The translations under genes were made by a program, and so were the position numbers. DNA of 64,000 nucleotides, taken from contig NW_005434470.1 of NCBI RefSeq assembly GCF_000315625.1, forward strand, positions 1 through 64,000. Direction: 5' to 3'. The notes under the pieces were generated by a model that did no database searches, was not told where the DNA came from, and saw nothing but the letters and a program-made list of their open reading frames with translations. Of the stretch, positions 1 through 11,945 are shown in pieces (the first letter of the stretch is position 1; the number at the start of each line of letters is the position of its first letter). The DNA is from Guillardia theta CCMP2712 (Eukaryota; Protista; Cryptophyta).

Positions 1-231
1 TGAGTTGTTGTGTATCTGGAAAAAGAAAGAGAACAGTCTCAACATGTTACAGTGAAAGCAATGTCCCAAATCTCATTCTCGTGGGCAGTCACAAACCATC
101 CGGTGAAGCTCGTGAATTTGCCACTGACAAGATTGAAACTGACCCGACGCCCTCTGGCTGGAAAACACCTGGCCAGCACCATCAGACTGCGGCATCCCAA
201 GCTCGCCATGCCCAGTGGAAGAAAGATGGAG

Positions 232-1180
232 AGGACGAGACGACGAGCTCGAGCCAGTCTGAGCCCGAGCAGCAGCTCAGACCACCTCTCAAGCTCGTCC
301 CAGGAGTCGCGAGCGTGGGATACCTGACGAGTGCGCGGGGCTCAGCAGAGCAGCGACGAGGATGCCACCGTGACCGCATGAGAGGGTACGGGAATGACTG
401 GCGCCCTCAGCTCTGACGAGCTTGCAGGCGGACAAGCAGCTGCAGTGACAAGGAGCACGAGCAGGGCCAGGCAAGGCTCGTGCATGACCCAAGTCAGCGC
501 TTCCGACGCAGACCCGGGAAGCTGCTGCAGGCAAGCAGCAAGGCGACAAGAGGCGGGGAGACCAGAGCTTTACTGCAGTCAGACACTGGCTCGGAGTCGA
601 GGAAGCCTGACGCTACTCCTCGAGCACCCGACGAGCTGGCAGGTAGAGTATCAGCCCGGGTCGTCGCCCGCCGACCATGTTGTCGTGTCTGACGTCGTCT
701 CAGACGAGGGCTGGGCCGAGAGGTGGGAGCTGGGAGGCAGCTGGGGCATCGAGTCGCTGTCGTCGAGCGACTGGGAGGAGTCGCTGAGGTCCTTGTCGGG
801 CTTCTTCATGAAGTACTTCTGGGCGTGCGACCGCACCTGCGACTCCGTCTTGGTCTGCATGATGGCGGCTATGCGCTTCGCCACTCCTCGCCCCAGCCCC
901 ACGGAAGGCCTGCCTGTCTCGGAGCTGCTGCCGTCTCGTCGCCCCGGACAGACCTGGTCGAGGGCGAGGAGGAAGCGCTGGTGCTCGTCCTTGGTCCAGT
1001 GGACGGAGGGAGCTCTGTGGGGGCGGGGGACGGGGGCAGGAGGGGGGGCGACGGGGACGGGCTGGGGCGTGAGAGCATCAGGTACGGGGAGGGGAGGAGG
1101 GGAGGAGGGAGGAGAGTCATGAGGGGGAGGGGGGGAGAGGAGGAGGGAGTAATTCCAGCCTTGACCGTCAGGGATGGGAG
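232..1180. repeat. Segmental duplication copy A (partner ~4650-5580), includes MYB copy 1 and its 3' flank
   Basis: Near-identical to 4650-5580 by eye, apart from a few indels (two 18-bp segments present only in copy B, one ~54-bp segment present only in copy A). Confidence 0.9.
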
Positions 1181-1259
1181 GGACTCTGTCAGGCGTTGGT
1201 TCTGCTCTGATGTTGTTTGCTTGTCCAGCAGCTGCTCGGGGGGAGGAAGGATGTGTCAT
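651..1259 (-). CDS. SHAQKYF-class single-repeat MYB transcription factor (copy 1), intronless
   Basis: ORF contains WTKDEHQRFLLAL...IAAIMQTKTESQVRSHAQKYF, a Pro-rich linker and an upstream WNYSLLL motif. The start codon is uncertain because the 5' end diverges from copy 2 above ~1180. Confidence 0.85.
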   Translation of the reverse strand: MTHPSSPRAAAGQANNIRAEPTPDRVPPIPDGQGWNYSLLLSPPPPHDSPPSSPPPLPVPDALTPQPVPVAPPPAPVPRPHRAPSVHWTKDEHQRFLLALDQVCPGRRDGSSSETGRPSVGLGRGVAKRIAAIMQTKTESQVRSHAQKYFMKKPDKDLSDSSQSLDDSDSMPQLPPSSHLSAQPSSETTSDTTTWSAGDDPG

Positions 1260-2089
1260 CGGCGCTGCTGCTCGAGCGGCGCAGGTGGAGGGGACCGTGC
1301 GGCAGAGGCTGGGGTGCTGGGGTGCCGGGAGCGAGACGTAGGTTACCTTCCATCTAAGTTACCGCGCAATTCCCAACAAAAAGAAAAAAGGCCGCGAATG
1401 AACAGAAGGATGAAGAGCATGAAGAAGAGCTGCTCTCTCGTTGACGAGTTTCCGCACTGACGATGAAACGAGCACGCGGCGTGAGGCTTTGCAGTGGAGA
1501 GGGGATGAACCATGGTTGCAGCAATAATTTCCAGACAAGGTTGAGCTCCAAGAGGACAATCGACTTGTACGAAGTTGTTTCTTGCTATGACGTAAATCTT
1601 GACAGATGTAGATGACAACAAATGTATACCGTTGCTCTACATGCAAGCTACCAGGAAAGCAGAGGCGCAGTCAGCTTGATTCTAGTGTCTGCTTGATGTT
1701 GTCATGCTATTTCAAAGAACAAGATTCCAGAGCTGCTTGCATGCGTTTACAGATAGTCACGACATGTCTTGGCTGCCACATACCTGTATGTGCATCTTTA
1801 CATTCGAGCAAACAACCCCGTTCTGCTTTCTCTTCTCCCTCGCTTCCCTCCTCCCTTCTTGCTTTCCCTCCTTTCTCACTCGCGCTCGCTTCCTCCATGG
1901 ATGAATTTGGGAAACTCCCACATCCCCTCACATACTCTGGTAACCTTCCAGGCAAGTATTCCTGTGGTAAAACTCGAAAAGAAGGAGTTTTGATTTGACT
2001 GTTTTACCTAAAACCTTTTATGTCGGTAGTAATCTCTCACTACCCCACCCTCCCTCTTCCTCCCGCCTCCCCTGCCCGCCCGCCCCGCC

Positions 2090-2138
<49 letters not shown>

Positions 2139-3760
2139 TTCTTTTCACTTCTTCTCAATCGCCATCTGTCATGTCTCTCTCTATTGGATGTACCATAGTC
2201 TCCTCCTCGTCAACTCGATCTCTTCCTCCCTTCCCTCCCTCCCCGTCCTTTGCTCTTCAGTTTGCCTCATTCAGAATCACGCCCTTTCCCTTGCGCTCTT
2301 CTCCAGCGTCTCTCAGCCAACTTGCTGCATAACCTAAGTCTCAGTGTCGTTCCTCCCACCTGGTCTCCCGTCGATCGCTCCTTGCCGTCCCTGTCCTTGG
2401 CCTTTGAAGCGTCTTCTGTCAATTCGAAAAACAGACTTACTGGTCTAAACGACGAACATGATGACTGATCGTGATGGTGATGATACCATGGCGCTGACCT
2501 CACTATCTTTCTCTCTCATTTCCTCTCTCAGGCTGCTCCTGGCATTCGATAAATCTCTCTGCAAGCCGTCGTCAAACGCACCAACAAAATGCGAAGTCAC
2601 TCCCACGGCCTCATCTCTACAACTGTGGTAGCTCTCCAGTCCTGTCCTCACGCCAGCCCGAGTCAATACATAGACCTCTGCTGGCCTTCGAGCTCTCGTC
2701 TTGCTCATCATCATCATCCTCTCCCTCATCACCATCATCCTTACGTTGTTGTCATCTGCACCAAGCTGCTTTCCCCTTGGTAGCCCTGCAGCCGTCCCCA
2801 TGTTCCCCGATGCCCAGTCCACCCCCGTTGCTGTCCCTGTGTTCCTCGCTTCGTGTCACGTCTGATGTCTGTCTTGTAGTCTCCATCTCTCTTCCACCCC
2901 TCGGGTTGTTTTGCCTTGTGTTTGTTTCTGTGCCTGCCTTTGTTCCTCTTTTTCCTGTTCCTGACAGTCTCCGTCTCTGTTGACGCCTTAGCCTCTATCT
3001 CTCTCCCGGTCCATGGGCATGGCTTGCACCTGTCACTGTCTGCGACTCCTCTGCCGTCCCCTCCCCATATTCCCGCATCCGTCGCTCCTCCTGTTGGTGT
3101 GACAGCGTCTGTGTGTCCTTCTTGTCTGTGACTACATCGCTGTCTCTGCCTCTATCTCCATCACTGTCGCAGCATGGCTCTCTTCCCTCCTCCTCACCTC
3201 ATGCACTGACGCCTCTGCTCGCCAGCCCTCCACTCGCCTGCGCGCCATGCCACCAAGCGCGTAGTGAACAACCCCGACCTCGTACCCTACCCCTGAGAAT
3301 CATGGCTTACGCACCGGTCCACCAGAAATCGATGCTTCTTCCAGCCAATCAATCGACGATGGGAGGCGGAGCATGGGGAAGAGGGGGGGACGCTGAGAAG
3401 AGGAGAGACGAGTACGAGAGAAGCCTGCAGTCGACCGCGTGGGAAGATGGCAGGGTAGGCGAGGATGCAAACCAGGGGCGAGGGACTTGGATGCGATTGG
3501 GTGAGGGACAGGAGGGGGGGTAGGGGGCGATGGCGTGCTGAGAGGAGCAAGGAACAAGAGCAAGAGGTGCGGAAAGAAAGTCTTGAAGCAGCAGACAAGA
3601 GGGATCAGTGCAAGAGTGCGCTGAGAGAGGCAGACGACCGGAAAGCAAAAGATCCGGGCAGGCAGTAGGAGGGAAAAGGAAAAAGAAGAAAAGTTTCACA
3701 AGACGGAAATGGACCTGATATCTACTCCACGACGATCAGGTACTGGCCTCGCACGTCTCG

Positions 3761-4610
3761 TCGCTGCAAGAGACATCAGCGTGACCCAAGCAAGCACCAA
3801 GTCGAACAGCCCCACAGAAAGCAGCAGGGAGGAGATTGAGGTCCCCTGCTTGACGATCAAACACTGACTGCAAGCAACGTATGCACGGCAAGGCATGTGG
3901 CAATGACCGAGGACAGCGACAGCTCTACCTGCCACGACAGCAAGACTGACCCGTCGCCCAGCCTGCTTCCTCCTCCTCCCCTGGCCGGACCTGCACCATC
4001 AGACTGTCGTAAGGGCTGCCGGCGGCTCCTCAAGCCCGCCAACTCCATCCCGCTCAATGACCTGACTCCAGGCAGCCGCTCGTCATGCCCTGTACGAGTG
4101 CGCGGGGCTCGAGTAAGGGAGAGGAGAGGATCCCTCAACGAGTGAGTAGGTCGATGGTTGCAGGTGAGCGACTGTGAATCGTGACGGACCCAATCAAGTC
4201 ATGACCACCAGCCGCTGATCGGGAGAGTAGGGAGGCAGATGAGCTCTTCGGAACAAGAGGGCAGCCCAACGAGACCCGATGTGGGCAAGAGGAGGGTCGC
4301 AAGACACAGGCATGAAGGCGAGAGCAAAGGTCCAAGCGCCTTCAGCAGACAACTTGGTTGATGTCATCGCTGCAAGAGACATCGGCGTGACCCAAGCAAG
4401 CACCAAGTCGAACAGCCCCACAGAAAGCAGCAGGGAGGAGATTGAGTTCCCCAGCTTGAGATGAAGTCACAGCAGCTATCAAGCGCTGACCGCAAGCGAC
4501 AGAGAGGGCTGTGGCAATGACCGAGAACAGCGACAGCTTTACCTGCCACGACAGCAAGACTTATCAACCCCGCATGACCTGACTCCAGGCAGCCGCTCGT
4601 CGTGCCCTGT
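3761..4610. repeat. Local degenerate direct duplications (3761-3853 ~ 4367-4460; 3897-3947 ~ 4511-4560; 4057-4092 ~ 4575-4610)
   Basis: Shared strings such as gtgacccaagcaagcaccaagtcgaacagccccacagaaagcagcagggaggagattgag and gtggcaatgaccga...cctgccacgacagcaagact. Confidence 0.85.
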
Positions 4611-4649
4611 CTCCATGCTGATGTTGTTAGGCGAGCCCAGTGGAGGCAG

Positions 4650-5580
4650 GGCGACGACGAGCTCGAGCCAGTCTGAGTCCGAGTAGCAGCTCAGACCACC
4701 TCTCAGCGGAGCAGCGACGAGGATGCCACCGTGACGGCATGAGAGGGTACGAGGATGACTGGCGCCCTCAGTTCTGACGAGCTTGCAGGCGGACAAGCAG
4801 CTGCGGTGACAAGGAGCACGAGCAGGGCCAGGCAAGGCTCGTGCATGACCCAAGTCAGCGCTTCCGACGCAGACCCGGGAAGCTGCTGCAGGCAAGCAGC
4901 AAGGCGACAAGAGGCGGGGAGACCAGAGCTTTACTGCAGTCAGACACGCTCACAAAACGGTCGCTTGGCTCGGAGTCGAGGAAGCCTGACGCTACTCCTC
5001 GAGCACCCGACGAGCTGGCAGGTAGAGTATCAGCCCGGGTCGTCGCCCGCCGACCATGTTGTCGTGTCTGACGTCGTCTCAGACGAGGGCTGGGCCGAGA
5101 GGTGGGAGCTGGGAGGCAGCTGGGGCATCGAGTCGCTGTCGTCGAGCGACTGGGAGGAGTCGCTGAGGTCCTTGTCGGGCTTCTTCATGAAGTACTTCTG
5201 GGCGTGCGACCGCACCTGCGACTCCGTCTTGGTCTGCATGATGGCGGCTATGCGCTTCGCCACTCCTCGCCCCAGCCCCACGGAAGGCCTGCCTGTCTCG
5301 GAGCTGCTGCCGTCTCGTCGCCCCGGACAGACCTGGTCGAGGGCGAGGAGGAAGCGCTGGTGCTCGTCCTTGGTCCAGTGGACGGAGGGAGCTCTGTGGG
5401 GGCGGGGGGCGGGGGCAGGAGGGGGGGCGAGGGCAGGAGGGGGGGCGACGGGGACGGGCTGGGGCGTGAGAGCATCAGGTACGGGGAGGGGAGGAGGGGA
5501 GGAGGGAAGAGAGTCATGAGGGGGAGGGGGGGAGAGGAGGAGGGAGTAATTCCAGCCTTGACCGTCAGGGATGGGAGGGA
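4650..5580. repeat. Segmental duplication copy B
   Basis: Near-identical to 232-1180. Confidence 0.9.
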
Positions 5581-5593
5581 GCCTTTGAGACAT
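5030..5593 (-). CDS. SHAQKYF-class MYB transcription factor (copy 2), intronless
   Basis: MYB domain identical to copy 1. First in-frame ATG is at 5593 (MSQRLPPIPDGQGWNYSLLL), with an in-frame TAG upstream. Confidence 0.87.
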   Translation of the reverse strand: MSQRLPPIPDGQGWNYSLLLSPPPPHDSLPSSPPPLPVPDALTPQPVPVAPPPALAPPPAPAPRPHRAPSVHWTKDEHQRFLLALDQVCPGRRDGSSSETGRPSVGLGRGVAKRIAAIMQTKTESQVRSHAQKYFMKKPDKDLSDSSQSLDDSDSMPQLPPSSHLSAQPSSETTSDTTTWSAGDDPG

Positions 5594-6048
5594 CTTGGAA
5601 GACAAGCCTTGCTTGCACTGGAGGATCCGTGAATGCTACAGAGACGTAGACGCCAGAGATAGACGAACCGTGCAACGATTGATCTCGCTCGAATAGAGAA
5701 GGCAAGCCTGACGGGGGTTATGGAGGATCTTATCGGGAGGGTAGGGGGTCACGACACATGCAAGGGTCTTGCAGCGTGCAGAAGCACGTTGGCTCAGTGT
5801 GGGGAGGAGCAGAGAAGGAGGGGAGGGGGAGGGGGAGGGATGGAGGGAGACAGAGGTGTGTGGGAGGGGGGGGGGAGGGGGAGGGGGGGAGGAGGGAGGC
5901 GGGAGGGGAGTCCACGGACAAGGGAGGGAGGGATCAGGGTCGAACGCGACTCACAAGGGCATGGAGGAGGGGTGGGGAATCAGGGTAGGCGCTAGGGGTG
6001 GGTACAGGGGTGGGTACTTGGGGAACAAGAGACAAGATTGATGACTCT

Positions 6049-6092
6049 CCTGATTGTCCTCGTACTGATCTTTAACTTAACTTTGAGTAAAG
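6049..6092 (+). repeat. Conserved ~44-bp dispersed element, copy 1
   Basis: cctgattgtcctcgtactgatctttaacttaactttgagtaaag; near-identical at 6968-7012 and 36787-36830. Confidence 0.85.
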
Positions 6093-6299
6093 AAGCTGAA
6101 AGTGGACCTTCAAACCCTTTTTTGGTGTGGTACCCACCCCCTCTCTATGGGCTTACATTAGGGTGTTGGACCCCTACTTGGTTTATCTGTTTTGGGACGC
6201 GAGTGATGAGAGTCAACCGGATCAGTCCGCGACTACCCCCACCCCACCCATACTGTAATCATTCATGATACCCTCAGTGACCCCCTCAGTTGCAAACTT

Positions 6300-7610
6300 C
6301 AGTCACGAGTCACTGTGAGTCAGCCGGCCGCGGCACCTGACTCGGTCACGCCACCAAGCGGCTGCCACTTTCCGAACCGTCGGGAGTACGGTACTACGGT
6401 ACCGTTCACGGTCATCACCGCGGAAGTTGGTACGGTGAGTCGGACCGTTCCCGGCGATCATCACTGATGGCTGAAGATCATCATCATGTCCGACACTGAC
6501 ATGTTTTTGACAATGATGGACGATGCGTTGCGCTTTCTGTGGTGGCTGGCGGATCGCTCGGCGAACAAGGAAACGGCAGCGCTGGATGGTCTCTCGGCCT
6601 CGCAAGACGTCCCAGGTGATCTGACTTGCAAATGCATCCGGTCCAGGATCTCAGGCCTTTCGTCAGCTCAAGGCCTCCGCCTGTCCTACCCCAGGCTGCC
6701 ATCATCATCGCGGGTGCATCCCGCCGGGTATGCGGCGTCTCATTCCTTCGGCGGCGGCCCACCGCGACATCGCTGGCATGGCCGCGCGGGGACTTGTCCT
6801 GCGCGCCGTTAAGTGGAGGTACGGTATCAGTTAAGTTTGGGGGACAGCAGTCGGCAGGATTCAGTGGGTTTGGTTCTCGCCGTCCGATCTTTTCTCTTCT
6901 CGCCGTTTGGCCTGTGCGCCGGACCGTGACCTGAGTGTCAGCAGTGTCAAGCCTCGGCGACTCTCAGCCTGATTGTCCTCCGTACTGATTTTTAACTTAA
7001 CTTTGAGTAAAGGAAGATGGCCCACCGCGGGCGCGAGGCCCTGTGCCACTGCCACGCGAATGACTCTCATGACTCGGATGCGGGCACCGGGCCCAGTACG
7101 GTACGGCCCGACGGTCAACGGGCCGGGCCCCGGCGGCGGCCCCGGCAGTGACTCCCAGTCCCGGAGTCCCGCCGGCCGGCGGCCGGCCGGGCCCCGGCGG
7201 AGGTTAGACCGCCCCGCCGGCCCCGGCGCCGCCGGGGCCGGCGGGGCGGGGCCGGGCGGTCAGAGTCACCGGCCCCCCCCGGGCCCCGCCGGACCGTACC
7301 GGCGTCACGGCCGCTCCCGCCACGGGGGGCCCCGCCGGTCACCAGTGCCGGCCCCGGTGACTCGGACCGCCGGGCGGTGACCGCCGCCGACGCACCGTGA
7401 CGGTGGCCCCGGGCCCCCGGGCCGGGCCGCGGTTTTAGTCAGAAGCTCCTGGACCGCAGGCCGCTGTGGCAGTCCGAGTCGCCGACCATCGAACCGCTGC
7501 CGGCGCCGACGGTCCCGTCCCGGAGCCCCGCCGGGCCCGGGCGCGGGCGCCCGGAACGCCGGGGCCCTGCCGCAGTACTGAGTGGCAGTGCCAAGTTGAC
7601 TGATATCAGC
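6300..7610. repeat. GC-rich motif-built dispersed repeat block (CCGG / GTACCGTAC / TGACTC / AACTTCCGAA words)
   Basis: Same short-word vocabulary as the blocks at 13020, 31850, 36000, 38760, 41820 and 43930. ORFs here are low-complexity G/P/R/A. Confidence 0.7.
6968..7012 (+). repeat. Conserved ~44-bp dispersed element, copy 2
   Basis: cctgattgtcctccgtactgatttttaacttaactttgagtaaag. Confidence 0.85.
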
Positions 7611-8261
7611 GGCTTGACCGCAGCTCCAGAGCTCCAAAGGCAGCCGCCGGACATGCACGCGCGAGGGGGTCGAGAGGGACATGGGATGGAGAGGCTTCAC
7701 AGGCCTCGATCTCTCCTGCCTCCCCCCTTCATCCTCAGGCTCACCTATGGCCCCCCTGTTCCGTCTTCCTGCCACCAGCCTGAGTCCTCGTCTCTCTCCT
7801 CCTCCTCCTTACAGTCCCTCTTGCTAGATGCTACCCTTGTACCTCCTCCAGCCTTGCTGGACGAGGGTCTGTGCAGTAGACGACAACTTGGATGTCTATT
7901 TCTTCGTTTATCAATGCTTGTGATCTAGACCGTGCATCAAGAATCAGAGTTTTGTCCCTTGCTGGGCTGTCCCGCGCCGATGTTCTGTTGCGACCTATGA
8001 CGTGCGCCGGTTGGCTGAAAATCGAGCCTGTCTCACACCCTTGATTCTGCCCCGAAAACTTCATGTCGTGCCATGTCAGTGCAAGATTTTGTTCGGAAAC
8101 ATGCTTGTATGTCCTTGTTGCTCTGTAAATGATGCATGCGTTTCCTTACAACTCATTCGAGTGCAAGTTTGGGTTCTCCCTCGATCGAAGCAAGCATTCC
8201 CTCGATCGAAGCAAGCATTAACCGACAAAACCTGATCTCGCAGGTGCACGAGGCTGCGAAC

Positions 8262-10215
8262 ATGTCAATCCAATGTTTATCTCTTCTTCTGCTCATATCG
8301 GCAGCCAACGCTGATGGTGAGGACGGGAGCACGCTACAGCAAGTATTGAGCTTACTTATCACCTGACAGTGATCGGTTCCTCCGTTTGCTTCCCCGCATC
8401 GATAGCAGGTATCCGAGCCCGAGAAGTTTCAGAGTCTACTGGAGCGCTCTTTGACTTGCTTCTCCTCGCTGTGTGCGCTCCCTCTGTCTTGATTGACTCC
8501 CTCTGGCAGTGAAAGAGCCACATGCTGCACTTTGCAGGTCGATGCATCTCCGTGGAGGCGACGACGAGGCGGTAAATCTTGAGATGCTGTGTGTGCGTTG
8601 GTTGTGAATGTGAGGCGAAGGTTCCTGCTGCTGCCAGCCAGATCGTTGCCGTCCCTCCAAACCCGAAGAAGGTAAGTCAAGTCATATGTTGACGTGGAAA
8701 GGTCCTGAAAATTTTGCGAAGGTCTATGTGGGGAACCTGCCTATCTCAGTGCAGGTACTTGCGAGTGCATGTGATCGATGTCCACTGATGGCTTGAAGGA
8801 CGATGCTTTGAAAGAATTTCTCTCTAAAGTTGGAGAGGTTTGTCATATCGGTGAATCCTAAACCGATTTTGACAAATTATGCTTCCAGGTCACCAGCCTT
8901 TCTGTCAAAAGATTCCCCAATTCGGATCGGTGCAAGGGTTTTGCTATGGCAGAATATGCGACAGAGGTATCCGGGTGTCGGGTAGTTTGGGAATATTGCT
9001 CACTCTCGATTCAGGAACAGGCAAAGGCGGCTATAGAACAACTGGCTGGCAGCAGCTTCATGAAGAGGTTGAAACACCGACTAGATGCTGCAAAGATTGA
9101 CCGGCAACCTTGAGCAGATCAGTCCTGGTTAGAGCCGATTCTGGTATCGATCCAGCCAAGGTCTCAAGCTTGACTGTCTGCACTCGGTCCTTTTGAACAT
9201 GTTCCACACTGTAGATTGCTGCCAGCCAAGCCAAGCGAGCAGCTGCCCTAGCTAGGTGAAGGTCTTGGAACCTCAAGTGTTCCCTCTCACTGTCTCTCAG
9301 GAAAGCTGAAGCTGCTGCAAGAGCGGCGACCAACGGCGGGGCCCCGTGATGACAAGCTTGTCGAAAAGTTTTTCACTGACCCTTAGGAATGTTCAGGGTC
9401 CGACAGCGACGCCCCCCCTCCATGGGACACCCTCAAGTAAGCATACAGGATGCTTCTTGTCTGATCTGTTTCCACCTAACATCATTGTAGTTCTGGCCCA
9501 AGTGTCCCCCTGGGTGCCGTGTATATGTTGGTAGGTGAATCGGTCAAAGTCCCGCCTCGCTGATACATGTGCTGGTCTGATAGGTAACATCAAGTTTGGC
9601 ACACCATGGCAAGATGTCAGAGATCACATGGCCAAGGCTGGACATGTGAGCTTTCCTCGGATCGCAACTCAACCCGAGGGCGGCTCACTCTTGTCATCAC
9701 CGCAGGTGGAGTTTGGAAAGATCATTAAGGCGCCCATGACCAACATGGATGGATCGATCTCATACGTTTCACGGTGAGTTGACAGCCTTCTTGCCGTTCT
9801 TGCCCTCCTTGTTCTCATCTTCCTTTCCAGTGGATTCGCCATCGTGCAGTACAGGACCCCCCAAGACGCTGAGGTCCTCGAGGCCTTGCACGTACTGAAA
9901 ACGTGTGCTCATGACCGTGACAGGCTGCCGTTACTTCCCTGGATCAGTCGATCTTGAACGGACGGTCTCACAAGGATCTTTAGCTTTCTTGTTCCTGATG
10001 TTTCCTTCAGCTCCATCTACGTTCGCCCAGATCAGGGTCGCCGACGGAAGGTATGATCGGCGAATGTGTATGGCGCCGTGTCCATGATTGATGGAATGTA
10101 TCTGAGCAGACAGACTCGAACATGGGAGAAGAGGAATTGGCGAACCTCCAAGTCTCAGAAAATCAGGTCAGGAGACTTCCTTGCACACTTGACTTTGACA
10201 TTTCATTGACAGTGA
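8262..10215 (+). CDS. Two-RRM RNA/ssDNA-binding protein (Gbp1/Gbp2/Hrb1/hnRNP-M-like) with signal peptide plus leader; many short exons
   Basis: Manual GT-AG splicing gives MSIQCLSLLLLISAANAD-VIGSSVCFPASIA-VKEPHAALCRSMHLRGGDDEA-VPAAASQIVAVPPNPKK-VYVGNLPISVQ (RNP2)...RCKGFAMAEYATE (RNP1). The second RRM reads RVYVGNIKFGTPWQDVRDHMAKAGHVEFGKII...SRGFAIVQYRTPQDAEAAVTSLDQSILNGRSIYVRPDQ. Stop TGA at 10213-10215. Confidence 0.8.
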
Positions 10216-10518
10216 AACTCGTGAAAGGCGTTCAGAAATTTAGTCAGAGGTCAGCAATGCCACAATATCAAGATATCAAGTTTGCATAAAACATCGTAAC
10301 GAATGTGTACGTCTCAATACAGGATAGATTAGAGAGTTGATACAGGTGTTTGACCGGCCATGCATATTATTCTGAACAAAACTACTACATGTTGCATTCC
10401 CGGGAATTGCCGTCCTTTCAAAGCATACATCCTTCTCCCGACGCGCTTGCCTTCGGTCCCAGATAATCGCGAGCAGCAATCTCACGGAGAATTTGCAGTA
10501 GACTGACTAGCCTGACTG

Positions 10519-10989
10519 TCAGCAAAGGTTTCTAATGAAATATTTCTGGGCATGCGATCGCACTTGCGAGGCATTTCTCGTCTCAACTCTCTTGGCTATC
10601 ATCTTGGCAACTCCTCGTCCAAGGCCGCCCGAGGTCAGTCCAGCCCTCGCACCACCTGCTGTTCGCTCCGGGCAACATTCTGTCAGAGCAGCAAGAAATC
10701 TCTCGTGCTCCTCCTTGGACCATCGCGAAATTTTCGCAACGGCTTCCGTTTTCCCGGCTGTCTTTGTGTCAGAAGGACTCGATTCTCGTTGCTGTCGTAC
10801 AGCACTTTGCGCTTTTTGTGAAAGTGACAACTTGAATGTCTCTTGCATGCTTGTGGGCAGCTCAGGATAAGAAGTCAGGAATGAATAGTTCCAAGCTTCG
10901 TCCGCTTTGTTCGATAGGTGAGAACCTTGTTCTCCCAGGCTGCTGTTGATAAAAATGTTTTCAATAGCGTCTTCGAGAGAGTCAGTCAT
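10519..10989 (-). CDS. SHAQKYF-class MYB transcription factor (copy 3), intronless
   Basis: WSKEEHERFLAAL...GLGRGVAKMIAKRVETRNASQVRSHAQKYF; upstream WNYSFL motif. Confidence 0.88.
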   Translation of the reverse strand: MTDSLEDAIENIFINSSLGEQGSHLSNKADEAWNYSFLTSYPELPTSMQETFKLSLSQKAQSAVRQQRESSPSDTKTAGKTEAVAKISRWSKEEHERFLAALTECCPERTAGGARAGLTSGGLGRGVAKMIAKRVETRNASQVRSHAQKYFIRNLC

Positions 10990-11945
10990 CTTTGTTCAGC
11001 TACGGGATGAAAGGGGTATCAGATTTCTCAGTTTTGAAAGGAGATGACTCGATTGAAGCGATTTTTCTGGTTAACGCAGCTGATGTCTGCAGTGTCGAAC
11101 CCACTGCGAAACTCGTAAAGACAAGATGCGAAGAATACCACTGAAGGATAAGGTTTGAGCAATGGAAGATGAGAGAGCAGGAGACAAGGAGGAGCTGAAG
11201 CAGAGAATATGAGAGGGAGCAGCAGGAGGGGAAGGGAGAAGGAGCGAGGGGGTGGCGAGGGCAGAGGAGCAAAGTGCGGTGTGGCAGAAGAAGACGCGAA
11301 CGGAGGCTGTTCCCGAAAAAAAATATTTTGAAGCGTTGCGATTTTAGATGGTTAGCCCAAAACCCTTCAGGGCGGTGAAATGAAGAGGTTTCGCTTTCTT
11401 GCAGCCATTGCAGGGTAGGGTGGTTGGGTTTATGTCGTAACAGCTGACATCAGCATGTCAGCAGCATGACGTAAGCAGATTATGTTGCAGCCCAAGTCAC
11501 GAGGGCATGGAGACATGACTCAAAATAAGGCGGCCATCGGATCGAGATCAAGAAATGAGAGCCAGTACAACTCGATGAGAAAATGTCCATAACAACGAGA
11601 TTGATCGAAGAAGATAATGAAACCAGACACAGTTCACTGGCATGTTCAACCACATGATGGTTGGGCCAGTTGTAATGAAAGGCTGAGTGAAAAATGGTGT
11701 ACACAAGGGCGTAAAAGTCTTGTCGGGGGAAGTAAAGGACTCTATTAACATATTTGAATACTATCAAGTGAAATTGGTCTAGAGGCAAGGTTACTACAAA
11801 ACTACGCAGTCAGTCTCGTCTAGAAGAGAACAATAGAGCGTATCCTCCCTCAAAGGACCTTTCATCGGCCCCCAGACATTCATAGCACTGGGTTACTGTG
11901 TTTTGTGACGAAAAGAAGTAATAAACGATGAAGGAGTCTCATGCA

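Noticed and set aside
182-379. LRGG strings in this ORF (SLRGGLS), in 4539-4910, and inside the ART domain (FGLRGGTEF)
   Set aside because: Not in an N-terminal leader of a supported gene, so not counted toward the LRGG finding.
394-1460. Long plus-strand ORFs (242-254 aa) overlapping the MYB genes, also at 4755-5632
   Set aside because: Antisense shadows of GC-rich MYB coding sequence, with no recognisable domain.
3302-3700. Possible plus-strand gene starting MAYAPVHQKSMLL
   Set aside because: No recognisable domain, and I could not build a consistent spliced frame through the duplicated fragments.
6486-7775. ORFs within the GC-rich block
   Set aside because: Mostly low-complexity G/P/R/A products expected from stop-poor repeat DNA; no transposase or RT motifs.
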